From Octopus sinensis (Eukaryota): 64,000 nucleotides of DNA. The stretch is from the NCBI RefSeq assembly GCF_006345805.1, contig NC_042997.1, positions 122,326,001 through 122,390,000 of the forward strand, read 5' to 3'. A program made the position numbers and the translations under genes. The first letter of the stretch is position 1. Each line of letters opens with the position of its first letter. The notes under the pieces were generated by a model. It made no database searches, was not told where the DNA came from, and saw nothing but the letters and a program-made list of their open reading frames with translations. This document shows positions 52,087 through 64,000 of this stretch, piece by piece.

Positions 52087-53811
52087 GATGTTTTAATCGT
52101 TTCAGTCATTGGAGTGCAGTCATTGAATAGATTTTTGTCGAAATAATGGACCCCAAGAATCCATCAAGATCAACGGTCTGAATCACCAAACTCTATGAAG
52201 AGTGTAACTGCAACGCATCCAAAGGGGCAGTGTCTACGGTTGTGTATTCAGCTAATGAAAGATTCATTATGACTGAAGCTCCCATTTAAAATATAATTCA
52301 ATAGAGTGGCAATGGAGATTCACAGGAATCCAATGGGTTTTTTTCAGTTTCCGTCTAATGTATCTAATCACACGGCTTCGGTCAGTCCGGAGCTATAATA
52401 GACACTTGCCCAAAGTGCCATGCAGTGAAACTGAACACTAGGCCACATAATTGGAAAGTAAGCTTCTTATTTACACATATACTTGATTTTTGTAAAGAGA
52501 TAGTTTCCTTTGTGTTTAATCGCAAAACACAGAAACGAGAATCGACTCTAGCTGAATTGTACATGTCTCAACATTACATCACAACGAAAGTTGTTTTAAA
52601 ATACTTACCAGTATTGCTATATAGCTGCATGAAAGGCGGCCTGTTTTAAACTGGCGCTGCCGAATTCGACACGCCAGTAGCTGACTGTACTAAATCTGCA
52701 ATGAAGAACTCAAAATTTATAACCGGTGACGAGTCAAAAATTTGAGATCTCAAGAAGCTGATAAGAATCCCCGAATAAAACCTTTCTTGCAAAAATTGGA
52801 AAGAGTTAAAAAAAAGTATTGAACGTAGATATGTTTTGGGAGAAATTACAGTGTTTAGTTTGGCTACGAGTTACAATTATTATTGCATTTTCATCGGAAG
52901 ACGAAAATGTTACGTGTTAAATCAATTTTGAAGAATGCTTGCTAAAAGCTTTACGGAAAACTTAGTGATGATTTTAGCATGTAGGAAATGGTTGGAAGGG
53001 TTCAAATATCAACTTCTTTTTTGATTACCAACTGTTTATTTAAAAGAAAAAAAAATATATGACAAATTTTCTTTCACTAAATTTCTCATGTCAAGAGTGA
53101 TGTTGATGAAGGAAATCAACGCCCATTTTGAAGCCAACAGGTTACCGTAAAGAATTTATCATTATAACATGATGTAGTGAGGTGTAATCTTCCTCTGAAT
53201 ATGAAGCAAGGACTATGAAAATATATATGCCTTTGATAAAAGGTTGGGTCACCAATGCTGGGTCACCGTTAATGCAGTTCTCTGACGGTTTCACTGCAGT
53301 CAGGTTCACACACGGAAACTTTTTATACCAAACACTTGGAATATAAAAGCATCCTGCTGCGATGATAGTAAGGACACTTACAGGCTTATTCTGCTGTCAG
53401 TGGAAAGTTACATAGGTATACGCAGGAGAGTCTGGATACAAAGCGCTTCCTTTCCATTGCTTCCGTAGCACAAAGTACAACATGAGCAGTACTTTACAAT
53501 GGTGAACACAAAAGGGTTAGATATGATGGTCGAAATAAAGCTTGCCTATTTCTGGAAGTGGCAAGCATAATTAAGATTACGCTTCTTTATTCTTGCCAAA
53601 TCCTTCCCTTATATGCCAAAAAATTTACAATTTTCCAAGTAGTGGTCATACTCACAAATGTGATAGTTTCTACAACACACTGGCTTGATATATGTGTGTG
53701 CGTGCGTGCACGCATAAGTTCTCAGACAAATATATATAGATATCCGCAGTAGTATACACACGCATATATATTTATGTACAGACACATAAATCTATAAATG
53801 CAAGTGTATGA

Positions 53812-53812
<1 letters not shown>
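50318..53812. repeat. Near-identical 1.77-kb tandem duplication (50318-52044 and 52087-53812)
   Basis: The ORF track repeats with offset 1769/1768. The only difference I saw is tttcccattgc vs tttccattgc. Units are separated and flanked by (AT)n. Confidence 0.95.
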
Positions 53813-53848
<36 letters not shown>

Positions 53849-54796
53849 CATACATATAATTACATTCATCACAGCAGATGTCATAAATAATAAATTTTAT
53901 TGCCTATATGCAGTCCTTAGATTATGATATCTACATAGGCTAAAGCATATGTATGCATCAACATATACATGTGTGTACATGTGTATGCGTGTGTTTGAAT
54001 GGATGTCTTGTGTTGCCTATTCGTATTCACATTTAATTATTTATACACAAACACATATGTGCGCCTTAGCGTTCGTGTGTTTATATACACAAATATATAT
54101 GTGTGTATGTGTCGATGATGGAAAGTTGCTTTCTAGTTGTGCGTCATTCGGTGACTATGTGAACAATAAATCAAGATTGTTCTCTCAGGGTTTTCTACTG
54201 TATTCAAGATGAAATAACTGAAACTTCAAATATTTATCAAAACCGCAATAATAAATGTATAGTGTTCTACGTTGGCTTGTTTTCTAGATAAAAGAAGAAA
54301 CATGAAAAAGAGTCGTTATTTCGTTATCAGCTTCAATTATTTTCCAGTGTTTCGTGAAGTCATATCACCAAGACAAATATTCAATATGCTTCTGTTCCCA
54401 GACACCGTAGTGGTATATAGTTGTGATTGTTATTGCCAGACACGTCTGTGAAGTTGAAACTAATACAAGTCAATGGTGGCAATACACGCACACAGCCATC
54501 GCTAATATATATCACTCACAATATTATTATTATTATTATATTTGTTAATTTTTTATTATTGTCATAAGTAAGCTTTATTATTATTGCTATTGCTCTTATC
54601 GTATTACCATCATCATTACTATGTGTGGTGTTACGAATGTATTATTCACTAGATCACAAATAAAACTATAATTATATTTCTTGTAAAATCGAACAAAGTG
54701 AAGAAATCATGTGGTCTTCCGTAGTGAAGTAGACTAAAGTAATTACCAATGATTCTACCACGGCGATTTGAAAATGAACACACGTCTTCAATAATG

Positions 54797-54850
<54 letters not shown>

Positions 54851-54881
54851 TAATAATAATAATAATTATAATAATAATAAA

Positions 54882-55049
54882 AGTGATCCAGAAGATAGCA
54901 TTGTTGGGTACAGCTCGCATTCTAAGGAGAGTATACTCTCTTAGAGTCACAGGAGAAGGCACTACTTGAAACTTTGCGTGATTTGTTATTGCCTGCTTTC
55001 AAGTAAAGAACAACCGGTAATTAAGATCTATCCGAGTGTCATTCAGAAC
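54882..55049 (+). mobile_element. 5'-truncated 3' end of an R4/Dong-like non-LTR retrotransposon in (TAA)n
   Basis: IQKIALLGTARILRRV resembles the C-terminus of RLE-type (R4/Dong) ORFs; followed by a 3' UTR and (AAT)n on both sides. Confidence 0.7.
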
Positions 55050-55478
55050 AATAATAATAATGATTTCTAGTTTTTGTCTCTCGGCCAACAAATCTAGTGG
55101 GAGAGGGTAACTCAGTAACATAAACCATAGAGCATGAATGCTAAGTCATTTTATCGACCCAGAAGGGATAGCGGGCAGGTTTGACCTCAGCAGAAATTTA
55201 ACTAAGAACGTAAAAATACGGGAAATAATAAAGTGAAGCTTTGTTTTCCGGCGCGCCAATGTGCTCTGGTTGCCCACTGCCTACTGTTAATTCGATTTTT
55301 GCTGGCACAAGGTTAACAAATTTAGGTTGCAGGCTATTTTCATTCCATACACCCATGGCAGTCAGTTTATAGATCCCAAAATGAAAAAAGGTAAAGTTGA
55401 TCAAAACAGAATGCAAACTCAGAACGTAATGATTCCCAAAAATTAATACACAGGATATTAGATATTTGGAAAGTAAAA

Positions 55479-55525
<47 letters not shown>

Positions 55526-57824
55526 GAGAGAGACACAGAGGAATAAAGAACTAAAACTATGACAGGAGGAATATCTCAAGTCATTTACAATTATTTTATT
55601 TGGGTAAGGCGTTTCTAGGATATCCCAAGTGATAGGCTAGCATGTCATGAGAGACAAGGTGAATATGCATGAACGTTCTAGAGAGAGAAATTCACAGATA
55701 ATAAAGAATAAAATAGAAAAATAAAGATTAAAAGCAGATAGGAGAATACAGACAAGAGAATGAAGTTCACAGATAATCTTTTTCCAGAGTGTATAGAGGT
55801 TTATCCCTCCTTCTGTAAAGGGATACGCCCTAAGATATAATCCCAGGTAAATCTAGGCAGTATTTTGGTAGTATTTTGAATGATACGTTCATGTTATATA
55901 TAATTAACACTTACAAATAAATGCAGAGAAAAGGAAGTGAGGAACCGTCAGTATGGCAGGTGTATTTCGACACCACCCCTCATACTGATTTTCAATGAAT
56001 TCGTTGTGCCATAATTTCTGAACAATTCGACCTTAGTGTAGCCTTGAATTTCTTAGTCTCTTCTGAGCTGAGATCATGTAGCTTTTTACCGAACAGTTGC
56101 ATCAGCTCTATCAAACATTTTGCAACTTGATTCTCTTGGAACTCACCGAACCCTCAAACATCAGTAGCCTTGTTGTTTCAGTCAATTGTAAATCAACTCC
56201 AGTATGGATGTCTTACTATAAATTTTAGCTTCTCCAGAAATGAGCCTTCGGTCATAATATTTATTTCCTCAATTTTATATTCTATCGAGAGCAACTAATT
56301 CACTGCTTCTACTTTTCCTACATTCTACATTTGTTTCCTGTTTGCACAACCTTCACGTTCCTGTTCAGGAGGAGGATACCTATCGTCTATTCCGGCCTCA
56401 CTGACTGCCGGAATTTGTGACATTATTTAGGAAACGCGTTTCTGTGCTGTCATACAGGATATGATTGAACCTTAACTCTTTAGCATATCGTTGTTGTGCC
56501 GTGTTGTTTACGTAGCTTTGATCATCACAACTTTCTGATAATTCAGAGTCTGTCATCTGGGAACTCGCGTAAATATCGTAAAGGAATTTTTATCAAAGAA
56601 TTTGATATCTCCAACGATAAAACATTCTTCGACGCCATTGTTTGCTGAGTTCATATTTGACTTTCATCGTTTTAGAGTCAATAAATAAAGTATTTGACCT
56701 GTAGTGGGGTTGACTCTTTTATTCATTTCTCTCTCAGTCTCTTCAGTGGAATTTGCTATTGTCAAACCCGGGGTGAGATAAACATCTTGAGAAATGGCAG
56801 AGGCGCTAAGATATATTTTATCCCGATGACACTCCAAGACTGCAGTATTTTGTAATGTTCTTTGAAATCATTTCAAATATGATTGATTTAATTCGCCCGT
56901 TGATAACGTGTTTATTATATATAAAATAATTTATATATATATGGTTTCATATATAAACAATTGTTCTTATTACCAGAGAAATATAACAACATGTATATAA
57001 AAGCTAACAACTCGTTGGTATGATGAGTAATTTTGATCGCGGACAGGTCACACACTGTTAAATGAGGATTTTATTTTTATCTGAACTATTGGGAGAGATA
57101 AATTGTAATAAACATCAAAGCTAAGTATCCAAGAATACATACTATATATAGTAAAGAACTATATTTTTTGTGTGATTTGAGGTTTTAAACGTTAATGATC
57201 CGTTTCTTATTGTTTTATCCAATATCTATTATATTTCTATTTGATTCTAAAACTTTTCTGTTTCGCTCGCTCGGTGTTGCTCACTTCCGTCACTACTATT
57301 ATTTGACAAACAATTATCATGTTATGGTTTTATTTGATACACTGAAGAATCGGTAGTTGTCTACTCTCCACTATAATCATAGAAACCATGTTATTTGTCA
57401 TTGATATCAGGAAGAAAAGTAACGCCGGTGAGATTAAATCGTAGAACATCTAATGAACATTAATGATGCAACCTACGTGACATAGTTCAAAGTCAATATT
57501 ATAATGATGTAACGTATCATGCTTTGAAGCTGGTTTTCGTTTATAATAATTCTCTCGAATGCTAGTCCAATACAGCTGCTATGAAAAACGTTAAAATGTT
57601 AAACCGAAAGAAAACAAGAACTTGTGTTTGGATGGAAACAAATAATTATCACTTAAAATCTACTTAAATCTAGAGAGAAAATTTAAAACTACCCGTACAT
57701 GATATTGTTAAATTTGCCAATATTCAATGAAACTGTAGTAAAAACCTTCTATAACGCAGTATCCACGTGTTATACTCCCTACAAATGACTAGTGACAGGA
57801 TTTTAACTTGAAAGTCTACTTTAG

Positions 57825-57890
<66 letters not shown>

Positions 57891-58591
57891 CATCGTTTTT
57901 GCTATTGTTCAGTAAATGATCAATTTAATAGCAATTGTATATAACCAGTCATATAACGAATCGTTCCAAGTTAATAATTTTCGTGGTGAAATAGTGAATG
58001 CTATTTTATTATCCATTTATTTCGTTCTTTCATAAACTCAGTCAGTATAATTTAGCTAGCAATTGAAATATCAAAAGCTTCGATAAAGTCTTAACAGAAT
58101 TACTGAAGAAGGAGTCGAAATGTCATAGTATATTTACTCTCGGACTTATTACCTCCGATTTCAAATACTTCGTGTGTATACATTTACTTTCAGCTTTCTA
58201 GAATCCATTCAGATAAAGTACAACTCTACAATATACTGATCTATTGTCGAATTAATCGACTCACGTAACTTTCGTCTAAGATTCTTGCAGCTAGAGATCA
58301 CTGCTGATTACTGCGAATCAAAGGTAATGGTGCTTCATGCGTTGCAAAGTTTAACGATACATACCTGCAGCCGATATATTGTGAGCAGGGGACCGAAGGC
58401 CTAGCGATGCGACCAGCACACCAGTCTGGTTTAGGGCTATTTCTGCCTCTCCTCAGTACTGGACATCTTGTTTGCAAGAGATTGCAGTAGCTCGCTTCTG
58501 ATCGCAATTTATATAAATTCCAGCGACACAAAGTCGCTGATTTTGCAACAAGCAAAAAACCTAGTTCTAAATTCTCTCTAGGAGATGAAGG

Positions 58592-58628
<37 letters not shown>

Positions 58629-59280
58629 ATAGATATATATTGTTGGGCAGCCGTCGACTTATTCTATCCCATTGAATATTACACGCTATCATTTATAGTT
58701 TTAATTGCTTCTAGTTTCACGGTTCCATATATATATATATACATATATATACTCACACATTGATGAGAGACACTTAGGACTTAATTAAAGGGATGTAAAC
58801 ACAGACATGAGAAAATATTAAATTTCTTTGATTCATTGCAATTCGTTATCTTAAAAGATATTAATAAATTTCCTTCTTCAAAAATATCAACACGTGATGA
58901 TATTTCTAACAAAAATATATTAACTCTAGTGTAAAATAGTAAGATCAATAGACACCCTTTTTTTTAAGTTAAAAGAATAAAAACATGATATATTTCTTAT
59001 TATCAGTATTAAGTTATTTGGAAACACTTTGGTGTTTATGCCTTTCATTTCGCATACAAGACATTATAAAGTAGATGTTAGGATGTTAATATATTAATCT
59101 ATTATTAGTGATATCATTTCCAACTTCACTGGCTTCCTGGAGTCGATCAAACTTTATGTGATTTAAAACTTAATGGTGAAAGAACCATTGTATTCATATA
59201 TATATACTATCATACCATGAGTGTGCGTGTGTATGTTTGTCAGATGATAGGTGTCCCATCAACACACATACCACACCCCG

Positions 59281-59520
59281 TCAAACAGTACAATAACTCC
59301 GTTGATGAGTCCTTAGATGACACTTAAGACCAGCTGCTGACTGACAGGGTTTAAAACACAAGTGACAGATATTATTTAAGTTTCTTCTACATCTTTGCCC
59401 TTTGGAATCTGATTCTGAAGGAATGTTTTTGTGAACTAGCATATGTCTTTTTAAGTCCAGATAATGTCTTACGACTTTTTTGACATATGACATACATACA
59501 TACACGGTACTAGTAAGAAG
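59281..59520 (-). mobile_element. Probable RTE-type LINE 3' fragment with C2H2-like zinc fingers
   Basis: ICHLCFKPCQSAAGLKCHLRTH plus an upstream decayed finger (LKRHMLVH); no TGEKP linkers, so unlike host C2H2 arrays. Confidence 0.5.
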
Positions 59521-62500
59521 GTATTCCCATTCAGTTAATGGATTTGTTATTATTTTCACTCCTCCCGCGAATGGAATGAACTAGTAGAAAGCTATCTATT
59601 CCACGCAACACGAAAACCAGTTTGAGGTACTGTGAACTAAATGCTGAATCATTCTTTTCAGCTGCCTACCGGCTATACTTCGTCCTGACACACTTGACCC
59701 TGCGCAACGACGTAGTCGTCATCGCTGAAGTAATTGAGCGTTTCACCTGCACTCGTCCGGTGATCAGTTTCGCTGGAATGCATTGAAGCAATGGGGGACA
59801 AAAGGGTTTTACTAAAAACACGATGATCTTTATTTAGGTATCTAATTCACGGACGAATGGCCCTGTTACGAACATCCACATTTCTAGGACATAATGTGTG
59901 TGTGTGTGTGCGTGTGTGTGTGTGCGTGTGTGTGTGGGGGGTGTTCTGCCTGTAATTTATGTATTTGTATATGTAAGCACGTGCGTGTGAGAGAAGACTT
60001 AATTCCCGAAAAATACGAATATTAATTCCAAATTTTGGCACATGGTCAGCAAGCTCAGATGAGTGGGTATGACCCCAGTGCTTAATAAAATATAATTTTA
60101 TCGACTCCGAAATGATGAAAGGCAAAAATGACCTTGGCAGAATTTGAATTCAGAACGCAAGGACGGGCGAAGTGCAGCCAAGCATTTTACCCCATGCAAC
60201 CAATTCTGTCAGCTCACTGTCCCAATAAAAATAGAATATTGAGAAAGGAAGCATATTGATGCCTTATTATGACAAGAGTACATTAGTTATAACTATTCTT
60301 CTATCTCAGAATGCACGGCATGCATATTAACACAGTCACTGAAGGGAACATTTACATTAAAATAGATAGAATAAAATGTTGAGAAACGTTGCCGAAAAAA
60401 ACTTCTTGGAAATAATCCATGCATATTTCTTTAACTAAAACACTTCTATATGTTCCTACGTATTTAAGTATGGAAAATTATTATAAATCGAAGGCTTTAT
60501 CACGAATTTCTGGCTTATACAAAAAATATTGTTCATCATAAATATGTAAACATTCCGCATTGAAAAACTTAATTTCTTTCATAATAAGTTTTTGTAGTCT
60601 TTATCTAGAGGCAATGATTGGAAAAATCTATGAAGCTTATACTGACTATAGTTAACAAGGATTTTGCAAAGAAAAAACTGCTGAGCGGAATATTCTTTTC
60701 CAAACGAAAATATCTTGATTAAAAATTCCGTCTCATACAATGCGTATAAATCATAATAATCTTCATTTTAAAAATCCAGTGCTGTGTCTAGATTTAACCT
60801 CTTTCTTTTATATAAATAGATGATGTGTTCATACTTCAACAACTGATTCCGTCGTTTGCGTTAATATCTGATTATGTTTAGGATAAGATCTTTACTACTA
60901 TGAATGATCACACAATATTTTTCTTGATTGAGATATTTATAAATGATTGATATTTGAAGGTTGCGAACTCATTAGATAAAAATAAAGATAAATGATATAG
61001 TGTTAGAGAGGGAGATGTATATTCAAACTGACTTGATATAAAGGAATATAAATGAGAGCAAACTGAAAGAACCGTATTATTTTAGGATACGATAAGTGGG
61101 ACAAAATAGTGTATTCGGATCAAAGCTATAACTTTCTACTGAAGAAAATATAAATAACCAGTGCATTGTATGAAAAAAAGGGTAACATTATTGAAAGAAT
61201 TTCAAATAAATCAAAAATACATTCTTCTATGAAATTGGAAAAGCGTAATTGAAATTGAGGAGCAATTCAAGTTTTATCGAATATTAATCTATTACGAGGG
61301 AGAAGAATTTCTAGAGAATGAAATATCTTGAACTCTTAAAGAATTGCAATCTTTTATGTATGATGAGACGGTAATTTATCATTAACTTCCTTTAAATTAA
61401 AGCAAATAAAACAGAATTGAATATTGATGACCTAATAGTTGCCCAAACATAAAAGAACAAAAAAATTCAAAAAAATTTTTTTATCAATATTAGATCGAAG
61501 AGATATGGGTTATTTTTTTAAAACTTTTACATCTAATGTTCCTAAATGTCGATAATCTTGTCTCGGGTAGATATTTTCTTTACTTGAATAAGTTTATATG
61601 TTTAGAAATATGTAGCTTTACTCCATTATTGTCTCTCGATTTCGCCTGGAAAAACTAATAAATAGTAACCCATTAACACACACCATACATATAATATACC
61701 CATATATGTGCGTTGCTCTTTCCCTCCCCTTCTCTCTCTCTCTCTTTTTCTGTATAGTGTGTGTATGCATACATATATACATAAATATATATACATATAT
61801 ATATGTGTGTGTGTGTATTACATTCGCATTCACAAATCGAAGTCACTATCAGCTATTTCCTTCTAAGTATAAATACGGACTCTGAGCAGTGTCAAATAAT
61901 CATTCAATTTATCTTGACATCAGAACAAACAATAAACGCGATCGCGCGCGTGCGTATGTGTGTGTGTGCGTGTGCGTGCGTGAGTGTGTGCGTTTGTGTA
62001 TATGTGTGATACGTACACATAATTAGGTCTCCATTTTCCTTGTTGCGATTTACTAGTATACATCTCGGCTATGTGAACAGCTGCTGTAGCAAAACCTAAA
62101 AATCAAATTTTCAATTTTTTTTCTTAATTTACCTGTTGCCCAACAGAAATTTCCCAGTGAAATCTTTGTCAGTTGAACAAAACGCCAAATTAGATAGGTG
62201 AACGCTGGCACACCTTCTATCCCGCCTTTCTCCACACTACTGCAATTTATGGCTTCAGATCACTCTGCTGTTTTTCACTTATTACAGGCGAACGTTAATG
62301 AGGCATAACAGAGTGCTTTCCTATTCCACTTGTTTCGTAGGAAAATGACCTCCCGCTTTGCGAATTCCAGATTAACGAACGATAATTAGGAAATCACAAA
62401 TGAAGTAACATACCGAGGACTCCATTTACGTATATGTTTTATACAGACACACATACAAATGTGGGCAACTGTTTTGGTGTACGTATGTGTATTTGAGTGT

Positions 62501-64000
62501 CTATGCATGTGCGCCGTACTTATGTCTATCCGCCTATCTATTCTGATACATAGTACACTGAATAATTAAAATTATCTGAGGGGAAAATGAACACCACTGT
62601 TCATTTGACATGTATCATGTTATAAATATATTCTCTGTCTCTTTTGGTTAAGTAGGTTTTGTAAGTTTATTTCCTCTCAGGAATCTCTCAAAGAGGATTT
62701 TCCATCACATTCAGAAAGTAATAAGGAAAACAACCAGCAGGAAAAAAATGTTACAATAATGTTATTCTCACATTATGTACGGCCGCATGCATACATTAAA
62801 GTACAGAGTATATACTGGAGCTTGCTAGTTGTAGGATAATATAAAAACAAACACATTATTTGAAGTTATCTGCATGAGAATATGACATGAAATAATCGTA
62901 TCTAAACTGTCTGACAGTCAATTTCAAACACACATCGTTCTTCAGAACCGTTCTCATATATAACTAAAGTATATTGTTCACATGACACCATTTGTAGATT
63001 GCACTTGTTTTCTGACTCATTTTACTTGTTGCAGTTGTTATGCCAAATGCTTAATGAATCTTGAGAATATACTGTACAATATAGTCATTTCCTTTTAGAG
63101 CGCATAGTTACTGAAACTACCCCTCATATCAAGGAACATTTACAACTTATATTTTCTAGCTACGAACGAACGACGTTATTCAGTCTCTATCATTATTACC
63201 CATCAGTCTCTTTAATACGTGTACACACCACAATTGTATGCTAAGTGCTATGAATTTTCTACAGCACTTTACTGTATATCAATTGATAACACATTCTAAA
63301 ACATCAGATACAATTGAGGGAATTACATACTTATTGCAATATATTAATACCAATCTTATCTCAGACTAATATCCTAACAAAAATAGAAATATTAACACAC
63401 ATGGGTAGTTGTTTAGTATGAAGAAATTGGCAATACGTACAGCTGCATTAAAATTCGAAAACGTACATAATATTCCTCACACGATACGAAATACTAATAG
63501 CATCCATTGCAAACCTACAGAAGATGGCTAGATTAAACAGAATAAACTTCTGTCACAGGAGACAATGTTTTCGTATTTTAATGGGTAAAAAGAGAAGTAG
63601 TAAATTTACATCTTCGTGAGTGCATTAACTTCATAAGTGAAGAATATTCATGTAGGAATTGAAATTGTTTATGAATACTGCTGAGTACCATTCACCATAC
63701 GCACGGAATAATACATTGACAGAAAATTGATTTTTATTTAAGTAGAAAGAAAAACCGTTCGTCATACATAGCCTTCTTCAGCTGTTAGAAGCCGTGAATA
63801 CACACACACACACACACACACACAAAAACTTGTAAAATATAGGTAAATCAAAAGTCGGTTGAAAATATAAGTTTGTTAGTGAAATTCTATTTTCACTTCA
63901 ACAGGGAATTAAAAAAGATGTTTTTCGGGCCTTATCTTAAACATACAATAAACGCTGCACTATACGAAAAATAATAAAAAAAAGAGATACTTAAGTTCGT

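Noticed and set aside
58103-58130. CTGAAGA a ggagtc GAAA tgtc
   Set aside because: Stem II is essentially absent and there is no stem I.
58291-58560. Possible 33-nt plus-strand microexon (58291-58323) and a minus-strand GTATGT donor at 58364
   Set aside because: Signals lie on opposite strands with no partner exons or homology; expected by chance in 64 kb.
59281-59559. Host C2H2 zinc-finger gene
   Set aside because: One intact finger without TGEKP linkers; fits a LINE C-terminal finger better.
63750-63785. Minus-strand CTGAAGA a ggc...gac gaa cggt
   Set aside because: GAAA is incomplete and stem II is mismatched; too decayed to call.

Overview
AT-rich eukaryotic non-coding DNA, dense in microsatellites ((AT)n, (CA)n, (AAT)n, (TATC)n) and transposon debris. 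The SINE and LINE families look like those of Octopus (recognised from memory, not from a search). I could not establish any host protein-coding gene, and most ORFs in the track are microsatellite translations. Supportable content: tRNA-derived SINEs; CR1-group LINE copies (one with an uninterrupted 5'-truncated RT ORF); RTE and R4/Dong 3' ends; mariner and probable Academ transposase relics; hAT and pogo/Tigger-like MITEs; a non-autonomous Helitron; a near-identical 1.77 kb tandem duplication; and several palindromes and foldbacks. The most notable signal is a set of type I hammerhead ribozyme (HHR) motifs. Four near-intact plus-strand HHRs lie between 4886 and 6672. Two of them sit one per unit in a ~485-bp tandem repeat, an organisation like a retrozyme or Penelope-like pseudo-LTR. 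All four have a U opposite a U at the base of stem II instead of the canonical G10.1-C11.1 pair. More degenerate HHRs occur near 14.3, 28.5, 46.3 and 49.5 kb.
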